Shown here one piece after another: positions 25,470-39,388 of a stretch of DNA of 64,000 nt. The first letter of the stretch is position 1. Every line of letters starts with the position of its first letter. The notes below the pieces were generated by a model that worked only from the letters and a program-made list of their open reading frames with translations, had not been told where the DNA came from and did not search any database. The DNA comes from Eledone cirrhosa (lineage: Eukaryota), in the NCBI GenBank assembly GCA_964016885.1, contig OZ024742.1:356190001-356254000 (forward strand). The letters are read 5' to 3'. A program made the position numbers and the translations under genes.

Positions 25470-26015
25470 TATGTAAATGTGGTTGGCATTAGGAAGGGCA
25501 TCCAGACATAGAAATCTAGCCAGAAACAATCCTATATGAGCAAGACATGGTCATCTGACCCAACTTGCCCCAAATGGGACAACCTTTCTTACTCATACTA
25601 GCAGGGAAAATGGACATTAACTGATGATGGTGATATATATCATCATCATCCTCATCATCATTTAACGTCCATCTTCCACGCTAGCATGGGTTAGACAGGA
25701 GTTGTCCCACTTGAAGCAAGATTGGTCAGGTGACCGTGTCTCACTCATATAGGACTATCTGGCAGGTTTTCTATGGCTGGATGCCCTTCCTAACACCAAC
25801 CACATTTACAGTGTGGACTGAGAACTTTTTACCGTGTTACCTACACGATCACATTACTGCGTGGGCTGTGTTTTTGGCGTGACACCTACACAATCTCTTT
25901 AGTTTGGACTGGATGTTGTGGTACTAACATAACTTTATAGAGAAAGGGTGGTGTTGGTGGGAGTGAGAGGATGGAGGAGGGGTAGTGGGTTGGGTGTATG
26001 TTTGGTTTGGAGGGG
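25470..26015. mobile_element. Two RTE 3'-tail fragments, tail-to-tail (25470-25635 +, 25640-26015 -)
   Basis: Both carry AGGAAGGGCATCCAG...CCATGCTAGC.TGG...GGAC-(GAT)n and meet at GATATATATCATC. Confidence 0.85.
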
Positions 26016-26599
26016 TATATATATATATAAAGTTAATTACAATGTTGTTTATCTGTAAAAATTGTGTTATGTTTTGTTGATAAACAGGTGTAAGTAGGTA
26101 AGAGCTCTCCACGTCACTCATATCTATCCAGCATAATGGTGGCAATCAAATAAGATGGAGTTTCCATGTATGAAATAAATGTTAAGACAGATGTTACATA
26201 ATCATATTTATTGGATCTAATATGCAATAATTACAACAGTAACCAGAAGCAATATGATATCATCAGTTAATACAATTATGTGATGGAGTTGATATGTCAC
26301 AGCCAAACACTTTCATGTTTGGTAAAGTTCAGTGAATATCTGTGGTGAAAAGACAAGGAAGACCCCCAAATCAGGGTAGTACTCGGTGCTGGATACATTG
26401 AAAATGTGGAATTGCAACAGCAAGCCCAGCAGAATTTTCAGCTTGTGTCCATAATTGTTTTCAAATGTAAGTCTTGAAAATCCTGAGGAAAAAAATTGAA
26501 AAACCTGGGCTCACTCCTTAGATTTTAACTAATATATATATATGTATATATAGAAATTTAATTCTTATATAGATAGATATATAGATATAATAGATATAA

Positions 26600-29500
26600 A
26601 ACTCTGAGTTGGTACCATCAATGTAAGCACAATTAAAAGAAGAGCAGGAGAAATTGTAGAAATGCTAGAGTGAAAGGAAATTGATGTATGCTGTGTGCAA
26701 GAGACTAGATGGAGAGGAGAGTCTGCTAGAGTCCTTGTAGGAAAAAGTTGGTGCTACAAAATTTTTCTGGGTGGGAAATGACGATGGGATGGGTAGTGTA
26801 GGTATACTACTAGCTGACAAGTGGGTAGATAAAGTAATCTCAGTGTACAGGGTAAATGCAAGAATCATTAAACTCAGACTAGTCCTGAATAAAACAATTA
26901 CCACAATAATATCAGCTTACGCACCCCAATCTGGGTTGACAGGCGAACTTAAGGATAGGTTTTACGAGTCCCTAATGCACACTACTGCTCTAACAAACGA
27001 CAATGACTGCCTAATCATTGCAGGAGATTTTAACGGAGATGTAGGTAAACACTGCGACGGCTTCAATAGAGTCCATGGAGGTCATGGGGTTGGCACAAGA
27101 AATGAGGAAGGATTCAGACTTCTAGAATTCTGCGACGCCAATGACATGTCGATATGTAACACAAACTTCAAAAAACCCGACAACCACCTGATCACCTATA
27201 GATCAGGCGAGCATTCTAGTCAGATAGATTTTATCCTCATCAGAGGACGTGACAAATGGACGGTCGTAAACACAAAAGCCTTCCCTAGTGAGGAATGTAC
27301 ATCCCAACATAGCTTAGTTGTCAGCGACCTCACAGTCAGAACTAGACGAACCTGGAAACAGAGGCCAACCTGGAGAAGAAAGATCTGGAAGCTGAATGTC
27401 CCCTCAACCAGTAACAGATTTAAAGATATTTTACTCAACGCCTACGACAGTAAAGAAGAACAGATAGAGACATTCAATGTAGAAGAGAACTGGGAGTTCC
27501 TAAAACATAAATTACTAGAGGCGACGGATGAGGTCTGTGGCTGGAGTAAGACCACAAGCAGGAGGTGAGTGACTTGGTGGTGGAACAATAAGGTAGATGA
27601 GGCAGTTAAGGCCAAGAGACAGGCATGGAAAGAATGGAAGAACGGGGGGAGCAGGGTACATTACATAGAGACCAAGAGGGAAGCTAGGCGACAAGTATAC
27701 TTAGCTAGGAGGGAAGCAGAGGATAGAAAATTCAAGCATGTTTTGCAACGTGAGGACCATAAACAGGAGGTGTTCAAGATTGCGAGGCAGTGTGTCAGAG
27801 AGAATTGTGATGTCATTGGAGAGAAGTGTATCCGGAATGATAAAGGTGAGCTTGCCCTCACAAGTGCTGAGAAGAAAGATGCATGGAAGAGTCATTATGA
27901 TAGATTACTAAATGAGGAGAATGCATGGGAAGAAGAGACCCTACCCCAAGTAGACCCTATAGAGGGGCCAGCAGTACAAGTCAGCAGCAGTGTAGTAAGT
28001 AAGGCAATCAAATATATGAAGATGGGGAAGGCAACCGGTCCATCGGGTATAGCTGCCGAGATGCTGAAGGCATCTGGGTCTGTAGGTCACACTATAACCA
28101 CGCGTATTGTTAACCAGGTAATACCAGAAGGTGTCATACCAAAAGATTGGTGCAGTAGCATCATTGTCATCTGCTACAAAGTTAAAGGTGATGCACTAGA
28201 TAGAGGAAACTATAGAGGTATAAAGCTGATGGACCAGGTCATGAAAGTAACAGAAAGAGTTATAGCTCAGTTGATTAGGGACCGGGTGAAACTAGATGAG
28301 ATGCAATTTGGGTTTGTACTAGGAAGAAGCACCGCTGATGCCCTCTTCCTTGTCAGGCAGTTACAGGAAAAGTACCTAGCTAAAAGTAAGCCACTCTACC
28401 TGGCATTTGTCGACCTTGAGAAAGCCTTTGACAGAGTTCCACGTGCTGTAATCTGGTGGGCTCTTAGAAAACTAGGAGTAGATGAATGGCTTGTGAAAGC
28501 GGTACAAGCCATGTATAGGGGAGCAGTTATCAAAGTTAGGATTAGCAATGAGTATAGCGAGGAATTTAGCGAACAGGTTGGGGTCCACCAGGGCTCTGTT
28601 CTTAGCCCCCTCCTGTTCATTATAGTCCTGCAGGCAATAACGGAGGAGTTTAAGACCGGATCCCCATGGGAACTCCTGTATGCTGATGACCTCGCACTTG
28701 TAGCTGAATCTATGGTAGAACTAAAGAAATTCCAAACTTGGAAGCAGGGACTAGAAAGAAAGGGTCTCAAAGTCGACATGACAAAGACTAAGGTCCTTGT
28801 AAGTAGACGAGAAAACAGAACCCAGATCCCCTCAGGGAAATGGCCTTGCTCAGTATGTAGGAAAGGTGTAGGTAGGAACTCCATTCTCTGTCCCAAATGC
28901 AAACAATGGGTACACAAGAGATGTAGCAGGATCTCAGGAAGCTTAATTAAGAATGTAGGATTCATATGCAACAGCTTTGCTGGGACAGCAAGCAGCAAAC
29001 AGCCAGAGGAAACAAGTACCACCAATCTCTGGGAGGGCTCTGTAGAAACAGTAGACAGCTTCTGCTATCTAGGTGACCGAATTAGCAGTTGAGGTGGGTG
29101 TTCAGAAAGTACAATAACTAGGGTAAGAACAGGATGGAAGAAGTTTAGGGAACTACTACCACTGCTAGCTGCAAACGGCTTCTCCCTCAAAATGAAAGGC
29201 AGACTATATGATGCGTGTATCCGAACAGCGATGTTGCATGGTAGTGAGACCTGGGCGTTGAAGGTGGAAGACTTACGTAGATTAGAGAGAAACGAAGCTT
29301 GCATGCTCCGATGGATGTGTAATAGTAATATACGTGAACGACAAAGCATAAATGAATTGAGAGAGAGACTGAACATAAGAGGAATCAAATGCTGTGTGCA
29401 GGAGAGGCAGTTGCGTTCGTATGGACATGTGATGCGTATGAAGGATGACAGCTGCATAAAAAGGTGCAGAGCACTAGAAGTCGATGGAAACCGCGGAGTG

Positions 29501-29933
29501 GGGAGACCCAAGATGACCTGGGATGAGGTGATAAAAGCCGACCTTACCGAATTACACCTCTCAAAGGTGATGACACACGGCCGTGACCTCTGGCGTCACA
29601 CAGTAATACAGAATACCCGACCTCCCATGTGTACAAGCTGAAGCATATAGACAATATGCCCCCACACCCTCCACTGCAAGGTGGTCGTGGAGGTGCCACG
29701 GCAAAAAAGCACCCAGCCCACACTGTAAAGTGGATGTGTAGGCGCCACGGAAAAGCACCCAGCACTCACTGTAAATGAGGTTGGTGTTAGGAAGGGCATC
29801 CAGCTGTAGAAATCAAGCCAAATCAGTTCCTGTATGAGCATGGTCAGCTAACCAGACACTGCCCACAACAGGACAACCCGTCTAACCCATGCTAGCGTGG
29901 AAGAACGGACGTAAAACGGTGATGATGATGATG
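26600..29933 (+). mobile_element. Near full-length RTE LINE lacking its 5'UTR
   Basis: One long reading frame, a 3'UTR with internal repeats and a (GAT)n tail. Confidence 0.95.
26608..29641 (+). pseudogene. RTE ORF: APE endonuclease, reverse transcriptase, PHD-like finger
   Basis: GTINV, VQETRW, SAYAPQ, AGDFNG, QIDFIL, SQHSLV (APE); NYRGIKL, QFGF, FVDLEKAFD, GVHQGSVLSP, LLYADD (RT); in-frame TGA at 27566 and 29090; a stop and a frameshift near the 5' end. Confidence 0.95.
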
Positions 29934-30834
29934 AATCCTCCTCATCGTGGATATCTCAGATTAATTTCATTTTTTTCTGTTAATATCTTTAATGTAACTA
30001 ATCTAACAATAATATTCAAATCAGATTATATAAAAATATGTTTAAAAGTTAATATAGTTTACATATACTCATCTTATTAAACATCTAGAAAGGTTGCTTA
30101 GAAACAATGTGATAAAATTTGATTGCCTTCATCAGACTGTTTAAAAGTAAAGCTACGCCTTTATATCAAGGAATCAAGGGATATTTGGTATAAAATTTAA
30201 TTAGCAATTAAAATGTATTCAGCTTTAGAACTTCTATGCAAAACAGTGATAAAATTAGGTTCTGAAAACTAACAGTTTTAACATGAAATATTGGGATATA
30301 TTTTTCATTTTTCCTTTGTGATGTTAAATCAATAGATGTAGAGAATTGATTTTTCTTTAAAATAAGTGCCTTTATATATTAGCTAAATTTTCAGTTGTAT
30401 AAAGTAACTTTGAAAAAGTAAGTGTGTGGTGTGTGGAGTATATTAAAATTGTTGATATTATTAAAAACTTTCAGTGCTATGACCTGTTTCAATTTAATGT
30501 TATTTACATTTTGACCTACCAGGCATCAGAATGAGGTCATCGATGTTAGTCTATGATTTTCCATAACAATCATTAAATCTTTTCATGTGAAATCATCAAA
30601 TTTTCAGACCCAAATTTTACAATTTTTATTTTTTGTGCTGGCATAAGAGGGAATGGATTTTTTAGAAAAAAAAGTATTTCAAATTTATCAAGTTTCATCA
30701 GTTGTTAAGGCACATTTAGTTTTGTTAAGTTGCTATGAAAAAATATTTAAATATAAAGAACTACTGTATATACTCAAATATAAGCTAAGGAATATGTGAC
30801 AAAAAATTGATGGTAAAATGAGGTGGGATTGGTT

Positions 30835-32347
30835 TCATCATCTCATCATCATCTTCGTTTAACGTCCATTTTCCACGCTAGCATGGGTTAGACAGGAGTT
30901 GTCCCACTTGAGGCAAGGTTGGTCAGGTAACCGTGTCTCGCTCATATAGGACTATCTGGCAGGTTTTCTACGGCTGGATGCCCTTCCTAACACCAACCAC
31001 ATTTACAGTGTGGAACTGGGAACTTTTTGCCGTGTTACCTACACGGCCAAATTACAGCGTGAACTGTGTTTTTTTCTCGTGACACCTACACGATCTCGAT
31101 CTCATTATCTCATTTATTTGGACTGAATGTTGAGGTAGCAACTTTATAGAGAGAGGGTGGTGTTGGTGGGAGTGGGAGGATAGGTAGGGGTAGTGGATTG
31201 GGGTGTATATTTAGTTAAGAGGTGCCTATTAACTGTAGGTTTCGCTTTGTACATAGGCAAGGCGGGTCTTCGGTATTACTGCATAACGCCAAAGATCTTG
31301 GTCCAGTGACATTGTCTTAGAGGGTGCAATTGTGTAAGGTCAGAATTTATCAGATTGTCCCAGGTTTTTCTGGGTCTATCTACTCCATAACTACCATCAA
31401 TTTTGATTGCCCTGGACTTTTTTTATACAGCTGTCGTCTTTCATGTGCATCATGTGGCCATACCAACGTAGTCTTCTCTCGAGTAAACAGCATCTGATCC
31501 CTCTTATTCCTAATTTCTCACTTAGTTCATTTATGGTTTGCTGTTCACGTATATTACTATTACACATCCAACGGAGCATGCATGCTTCATTCCTTTCCAG
31601 TCTACACAGGTCCTCTGCACGTAATGCCCATGTCTCACTGCCATGTAGCATTGCTGTTCGTATACAGGCATCATACAATCTGCCTTTCATTTTTAGAGAG
31701 AAACCTTTTGTGGCCAACAGCGGTATAAGCTCTCTGAACTTTTTCCATCCTGTTCTGACTCTGGCTACTGTACTTTCAGCACACGCTCGACCATTGCTGA
31801 TTTCGTAACCCAGGTAACGGAAAGTGTCTACTAAAGTGTCTATAGAACCATCTGGGCAATAGAAGGGGCTAATATCCTGTGGACACTTGCTACCTATTGC
31901 ATCTGAGCATCGGCCACATATAAAGTCTACGTTCTTAGATAGTTTACCTGTGATCCCACTACATTTTTTATGCACACATACTTTGCATTTGGGACATAAA
32001 ATGGAGTTTCTGCCTACTCCTTTCCTACACACGGAACAAGGCCATTTCCCTGAGAGTACCTGTGCCTTATTTTCCTTTCTAAAAACGAGAACTTTAGTCT
32101 TAGACAAGTTAACTTTAAGGCCTTTTGATTCTAGGCCATGCTTCCATGTTTGGAATTTCTCTTCTAGTGCAGCTATTGATTCAGCTATGAGCGTTAGATC
32201 ATCTGCATATAGGAGTTCCCATGGGCAGCCGGTCTTGAACTCCTCTGTTATAGCCTGAAGGGCAATAATAAATAGGAGGGGGCTAAGGACAGAGCCTTAG
32301 TGAACACCAACTTTTACACTAAATTCTTCATTATATTCATTGTTAAT
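30835..32347 (-). mobile_element. 5'-truncated RTE LINE (third subfamily)
   Basis: Minus-strand LLYADD and ORF 31397-32107 with an intact CSVC..CPKC..H..C..CGRC; (CAT)n at the left end. Confidence 0.93.
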
Positions 32348-32454
32348 TGCCATTTAAACATAAGGTGTTGATTAACTTCCTTGACTTATAAATAGGGCTT
32401 GGGGTTTTGCCCATTTCTTACACATTAAATAGGTGGAGGTCAGCTTATATTTGC

Positions 32455-32489
<35 letters not shown>

Positions 32490-32491
<2 letters not shown>

Positions 32492-32923
32492 GGCACATGG
32501 GTTAGTGGTTAGAGCATTGGACTTGCAATCAAAAGGTTGTGAGTTCAATTCTCGGGTCGGGTGATGTGTTGTTTCCTTGAGCAAGATACTTTTTCACATT
32601 GCTCCAGTTTACTCAGCTGTAGAAATGAGATGATAGGACTGGGGTCCCTATCATTCCACTGTAAAGTGGTCATGGAGGTGCCATGGCATAAAAGCACCCA
32701 GCCTACACTGTAAAGTGGACGTGTAGGCAGCACTGAAAAAAAGCACCCAGCACTCGCTGTAAATGAGGTTGGTGTTAGGAAGAGCATCCAGCTGTAGAAA
32801 TCAAGCCAGAATCAGTTCCCGTATGAGCAAGACAAGGTCAGCCAACTGGACACTGCCCACAACAGGACAACCCGTCTAACCCATGCTAGCGTGAAAGAAG
32901 GGATATAAAATGATGATGATGAT
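32490..32923 (+). mobile_element. Full-length tRNA-derived CORE-like SINE (family 1) with an RTE-derived tail
   Basis: A box TGGGTTAGTGG, B box GTTCAATTC; CCTTGAGCAAGATACTT core; 3' ~270 bp match the LINE 3'UTR 29670-29933; (GAT)n. Confidence 0.88.
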
Positions 32924-33139
32924 ACATATATGTGTGTGTGTGTGTGTGTAGTGAATCTGAGGAAATTGATGGTAGTTGAACATTTTCAATCCTGAGATGT
33001 TAGAATAAATATTTGCATTTTATGCAAATATTTATCCTATGCTCTAGTGTAATAAATTGTATATTGAGTCCTCTTGTCTTACTTGAGCAGAGTTTCCGTT
33101 ACACTTTTGGTATTGGAGGGGCTTAGTAGATATACAATA

Positions 33140-33430
33140 ATCATCATCATCGTTGTTTTTATGTCTGCTTATCCATGCTTGCATAGGCTGGATGGGTCCT
33201 TCTTTGCACCACATCTCCCTACTCATTGTGTTCCTTCAGCATCTCCTCAGCATGTCTCAGTGATTTGAGGTCAGCAATCACAACCTCTGCCCAGGTCATA
33301 CTTGGTCTACCTCTGCTGCAGCTTCCCTCCACTGGCATTTCTTGTCACTTTTTCACCCAATGATCATTGTCCATGTACAACACATGTCCAAACTAAATCA
33401 GTCTTCTCTCCTGCACACTGCCCCAGATTC
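33140..33430 (-). mobile_element. Old RTE 3' fragment
   Basis: (CAT)n, CCATGCTTGCATAGG tail stem and decayed FGHV..RGRP motifs. Confidence 0.6.
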
Positions 33431-33449
33431 CTCTTCAATATATATTATC

Positions 33450-33486
<37 letters not shown>

Positions 33487-33494
<8 letters not shown>

Positions 33495-33760
33495 TATAAC
33501 GAACGTGCTCAAGTACACAATCTATAAAGTTAGCTTATAGAATTGGGTGAAGTCCCTTAGAAGATGGAAAAAGAAGTTGCCACCATCTGCTATGAAGAAT
33601 TGAACTCCATATCTTCTAGCTGTTATCTGGAAGATATAGGGTTCTATTCCTCCTAGTGGCCAATGGCAACTTCTTTTTCCATCTTTTAAGTGTCTTCACT
33701 CTATTTTATAAGCTATCTTTATAATATTTCTGTGCTTAAGCACTTTTTAATACTTATATA
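33487..33760. mobile_element. ~270-bp imperfect palindrome (MITE or foldback) inserted in (TA)n
   Basis: For example AAGATGGAAAAAGAAGTTGCCA / TGGCAACTTCTTTTTCCATCTT and ATATCTTCTAG / CTGGAAGATAT; centre ~33623. Confidence 0.75.
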
Positions 33761-34949
33761 CACATATATTCTCAGTGCTTCAGAAGTCAAATATTTGGAT
33801 TCATATATTGTTTGTATATTATATTTAGCTCACACTTTTTTTTATCACCAAATACAAGACTAAGAAAGACATGATCATACGAACCTTTTGAGAGTCAATA
33901 GAAAATCAGTGTAGTAAAAACGAAAGATCATTTAATAGGTTTCTACATTATTGTAGTACCTAATGACCCTTAGCACCGGAAGGCTTGTTGCAGTACCCAA
34001 CATTGAATGATCCGACCTTTTGACTTTTTCCACATTCCTAAGACTCACAATAACAAATTGGATTGAAACAAAAATATCATATATACCCACTTGTATAGGA
34101 CTGCAACTTGATACCACTCATTGAATGGTTCAACCATCATTATGCCTTTACATTTTACTTGAATAGCTTCACAAATTGTCTAGGTACTTAATGTAATTAA
34201 TTTAACCAATACCATATTATGACTTTTAATAAATGTTAAGTACAAAAGCTCCATTCAACAGTTCCATTTATACCAATTATCAATTTCTTCCATAATTAAG
34301 GTTTTATTGTATCTTCTAATTGTCATTTTACAATCTGTAATATTTAACATGATGATTAAGAATTACCATGCATTACCTTCTCAGAATCATTCTTCATTAG
34401 GCCCACTTCTCATTACATTATATTTTACTGTCTTTAGAAATCTCTCCGGGAAATCATATAATTTTAGCAGCTTTTTTCCTTGAGAGATGGAGTGATGGTG
34501 ACGGTAGAGTTTATTTTATTCAGGATCATAAATGTTTATATTTTAAGCACCATAATTAACACTACACATAACCTACACTGCATCAGTATGTATCAATGCC
34601 TTATTTATTCAGACCCTCTTCTTAGTCATCAGATATTTTTCTGAGTGAGAAAGTTCTTTTCACACAGAAACCTTCAAAGCTTAGTTGCCATTTCATGCTT
34701 CTTCATTCCATTATTTTTTCTACTACTGCAATGGATTTTCGCCTTCTTTACATTCTTGTCATTTCAGAATTACAATGGTAACAATTTCATACATTATGTT
34801 CTATTTTTCTTGACTCTATAATTAATATCATGTGACAGAACCATCTCAGATGAATATTTTCTTCCTTTCACATGTAAGCTTTGAACTGCTAGAATTTTCA
34901 TGAGGTCTTTATAGTGGGGACATGAATTATTTCTTTCTTGCAAGATCGA

Positions 34950-35370
34950 TAATAATGGTTTCTGATTTAGGCACAAGGCCAACAATTTTGGGAAAGGGGA
35001 AAATCGATTAAATCAACCCCAATGCATTACCAGTACATTATTTTATTGACAGTGGATTGGCAGAGTTGGTAGAGGGTTGGACATGCTTTCCAGCATAGTT
35101 ACGTCCCTTTACGATCTGAGTTCAAATCCCGCCAAGGTTAACTTTGCCTTTCATCCTAACGAGGTCGATAAAATAAAGTACCAGTAATGTACTGGGTAAT
35201 TGCTGGCTTTGTGCCGAAAGTAGAAACAATTATTTTATTGACTCTGTAAGGATGAATGGGAAAGCTAACCTCAGTGGGATTTGAACTCGGAATATAATAG
35301 GACATATTTATATACTGCAAAGCATGTTGTCAGATGCTCTACCACCTCACTGTGCCACTGCCCTTCACAT
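34950..35370. mobile_element. Nested SINE family 2 copies (+ copy 35050-35235 inside a - copy)
   Basis: Flanking duplication ATTTTATTGAC; tRNA-like head GGATTGGCAGAGTTGGTAG..GTTCAAATCC. Confidence 0.8.
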
Positions 35371-36239
35371 GGTCCATAATAATAATAATATATTTATCAA
35401 ATATATTACAAACGGTTGGGAGGACACTCAGTTGTGTCAAAGACATGACAACCTCACCTGCTTATGATCGTACGTAAGTGAGGTGACAGATCCTTGACTT
35501 ATCTGTGAGGTCAGTAGCTACCACTTCAGTACTGACTTGATCTATGTAGACCTGTCCAACCCTTGCTAGTAGGGAAAGTAGACTTTAAAATAGTGATGAT
35601 GATTACATCAATTTAATTCACAAAATATGCTTTGGAAGTAGATCCTTATTTAAGTAATTTATTCAAATTTATCACTGGACATCTGGTGCCTAGATACCTT
35701 ACAATGTATAACTCAAGTGAAAAGTAAACTGTATTAAACCACTGGCTATAGATAACACCTAACATTAAATAAATGATACAAGAGAAACATAGAGTTAAAA
35801 AACACAGACTAATAAAAAAAATTGTGTCTGGGAAGGAGCAACTGGCAAAATTGATTAGGAGCACTCAAGTGTGTGAATCTATATATACACGCACAGGTCC
35901 CTGGCCTGCCTGGGAAATCAGTGGCTCTACTTCTGTAATGACTTGGTTTATATAGACATGTCCAATTCTTGCTAGCAAGGAAAGTGGACATTAAAATGGC
36001 AATGATGATGATAATGATGATGCCTGGTTTAAGGGGACATTATGGGTGATGAAAAGTAGAAAGCTGCTGGAGTCTAGAAGGCCTAACTGATAATAATTGT
36101 AATATCTGGTAAAATGATAGAATAAAGAAACATCTCATTAGAATGACAGAGGCTGGAATGTGTTGGCAATTAATGAAGTTTTATTTTTGCTTAGGGCCAA
36201 GGAAGTGCTAATATATCCAGCAGTGCTATCTTGTATATG

Positions 36240-38040
36240 ATTTCTAATTTAAGCACAAGGCCAGCTCATTTGGAGGAAGGCCAAAATTGATTAAATCAAC
36301 CTCAATACATGACGCATGGCTTGGTGGTTAAAGCATTGGGCTTGCAATCGAAAGGTAGTGAGTTCAATTCTCGGACCAGGTGATGTTGTTTCCTTGAGAA
36401 AGACACTTTATTTCATGTTGCTCCAGTTTACTCAGCTGTAGAAATGAGATGATAGGACTGGGGTCCCTATCATTAAATTGCTAGAATGCCATCTTTTCTA
36501 TACTAACATATTTTCACTTATTTTGACATGAATTATCACATCTAATAATTGTTTCTACTTTTGGCACAAGGCCAGCAATTACCCAGTTCATTACTGGTGC
36601 TTTATTTTATCGACCCTGTAAGGATGAAAGGCAAAGTTAACCTCAGCGGGATTTGAACTCAGACCATAAAGGGACGTAACTATGCTGGAAAGCATGGCGT
36701 CCGATCCACTACCGATACTGCCAATCCCCTGCCCTTCATCACATCTAATAATTGTTTCTACTTTAGGCACAAGGCCAGCAATTATCCAGTGCATTACTGG
36801 TACTTTATTTTATCGACCCCGTAAGGATGAAAGGCAAAGTCAACCTCGGCGGGATTTGAACTCAGATCGTAAAGGGACGTAACTATGCTGGAAAGCATGG
36901 CGTCCGACCCTCTACCGATACTGCCAAATAATGCTTTCAAATATATATCAGCCATTCTGCTAATGGTTGGATACTGCAAATTGTAATACACACTTACTGG
37001 GATAATATATACTATACTTGAGCATTCATATAGTGACACCAGGGCAGCAAGGAGCTGACCATCGATCCCAGACCCCTGCAGAACCTTCAACAGCAGGTCC
37101 AGAGGAATACAGTCATATGATCAACAAAACAAGAACATACTTCTTGGCAATACTATTACAATTTCTCAAAGAACTACCACAGAGTGAATGAGAGGGAAAA
37201 GGAGATGATATATAGAGAACTCTTCAACTGAATTTACATCTTTCAAATCCTAGACATATAGTATATTATTCATGGGGAAAAATTGAATAAGATTTATTGC
37301 AATGATTTATCTTCCTGTAGGCCACATTTTATATATTTTCAAATTCTATGAATTTCATGAAATCAATTTTATTTAAGCAGTGAATTTACCTAATTAGTTA
37401 GATCCACTAGATGAATATTTAAAGTGCCTAAATTATATCTCATTATTCAATATATTTGCTGTTATTATTAAAGGTCAACTTTGCATTTTATCCCTGCGGG
37501 GTCAATAAAATAAAATACCAGTAATGCACTGGGGTAGATTTAACCAACTTTCCCCTCCCTAAAATTGTTAGCCTTTTACCTAAATCATAAACCATTATTA
37601 ATCAAACTATATTTTATTGACCACTCTTTTTATTTTTATAGGATTGATAAAATAAAGCACCAGTAACGTACTGGGGTATAATTTAACTGACTGTCCCTTC
37701 CCTAAAATTGTTAGCCTTGTACCTAAATCAGAAACCATTATTGGCATGCTTTCTAGCATAGCTACGTGCCTTTACAGTCTGAGTTCAAATCCCGCCGAGG
37801 TTAACTTTGCCTTTCATCCTTATGGGGTCGATAAAATAAAGTACCAGTAATGTACTGGGTAATTGCTGGCCTTGTGCCTAAAGTAGAAACAATTATTAAC
37901 GAAACTAAATTTTATCAACTCCTTCTGTTATTCTTATGGGGTCGATAAAATAAAGTAGCAGTAACGCACTGGGATCAATTTAATTGTCTTTCCTGTCCCC
38001 TAAAATTGCTGGCCTTGTGCCCAAAAGTAGAAATAATCTA
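36240..38040. mobile_element. SINE cluster: family 1 head at 36311-36475; tandem family 2 minus copies at 36543-36737 and 36746-36928; family 2 plus copies at 37470-38037
   Basis: Repeated matches to the two SINE consensus sequences within the window. Confidence 0.85.
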
Positions 38041-38539
38041 TATATTACTAAAACTCTGTGATTGCTTGCTTGCTTGTCTGTAATGTAATACAGCCAAAAG
38101 GGAGCATAATGGAAAAATACTTTGAAAGGAAGTTGACCCTGAAATGGGAATACAAATGGAATAAAATAAGTTTTGCGTAAATCGAAGCACAGGTTCACGA
38201 GATATGGGTTTTTTCCGGGTACCTTCATAAATAGAGAGAGAGAAATATCGAGTGAAAGAGATAGTGGTTGTGAGAGAGTAGAATGAAAGAGAGACATATA
38301 GAGATAGAGAAGTAGACAGAGAACGAGAATGGGAGAGAGAGCTGGTGGTGTTGTGTATATATATGTGTGTGTGTGACCAGTGTATATAGATCAGACACCC
38401 ATACATAGATACATATATACATATGTGTGTGTACATATGTACACACGCACACATTTATATATATACATACATGTATGTATATAGGCCTACCAGTTTCATT
38501 TCACATTATATTCATGTCTGTTGGGCAGCAGTAAGGGAC

Positions 38540-38747
38540 GTTGGGTTGGCAGTAGGGGTGTTGGGTTGGCAGTATCGGTAGAGGGTCGGACGCCATGCTT
38601 AGCAGCATAGGGTTACGTCCCTTTGCGGTCTGAGTTCAAATCCCGCCAACATTAACTTTGCCTTTCATCCTTACAGGGTCGATAAAATAAAGTACCAGTA
38701 ATACACTGGATTAATTGCTGGCCTTGTGTCAAAAGTAGAAACAATTC
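38540..38747 (+). mobile_element. SINE family 2, full length
   Basis: TGGCAGTATCGGTAGAG...GAGTTCAAATCCC...GCCTTTCATCC...GTAGAAACAATT. Confidence 0.85.
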
Positions 38748-39388
38748 TATACATGTCTGTGTATAGTACTTTAATTATTTAAAAAATATTTTGAAGTGAA
38801 CGTGACTCGATGGGTCATGCGTGGTCTAGTTATTAATAAAAACAAGATTAATGGATAGTTAGTTGTCAGAACACTGGACAAATGATTTGCTGTATTTGTT
38901 CTGAATCTTTATAATCTGAGTTTATATCCTCCTGAGCTCAACTTTGTTGGTCATTCTTTCAAAGTTGATAGAATAAAGTTCCATTACCTTCATGGCTGGA
39001 TTTAGACTTTTGGGACGATGGCACTTCAGGTTTGGAAGGCTTCTCATACAAAAAGCCTCCATGCTTCCTGAGTTTCGCCAACACTACACCAAATATTCCC
39101 CTCCATACACACGCACACATATATATCATGACTAACACTATTCACTTCCCTGACTTTTGTATGTACTATACATACACCTTTGATGCGTTGTAGTGCACCT
39201 AAGCACTGTACACATTAATTTCATTATATTATTATTATTTTTATTATTATTAAAACAATTAGAATACATAGCAACCCACCCACCCTAATTTTACATATCA
39301 AAGTTAGATTGGTGCAAGTAGAGAAAGAGAGGGAGAGAAAGAAAGGGCACAATTAGACCATTATTCAACAGAGTACTTGATACTTGAG

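Noticed and set aside
28396-29511. Recurring antisense ORFs over the RTE copies
   Set aside because: Shadow frames of the LINE coding strand; starts and stops differ among copies
30095-30140. Minus-strand CTGATGA followed by a hairpin
   Set aside because: No GAAA box or cleavage triplet at the required position
32490-32565. tRNA-like sequence (A/B boxes, TTGCAA loop)
   Set aside because: It is a SINE head fused to core and LINE tail; the acceptor stem is incomplete; multiple decayed copies exist
34500-34930. Possible old transposase remnant on the minus strand
   Set aside because: Too many stops and no diagnostic motif could be confirmed
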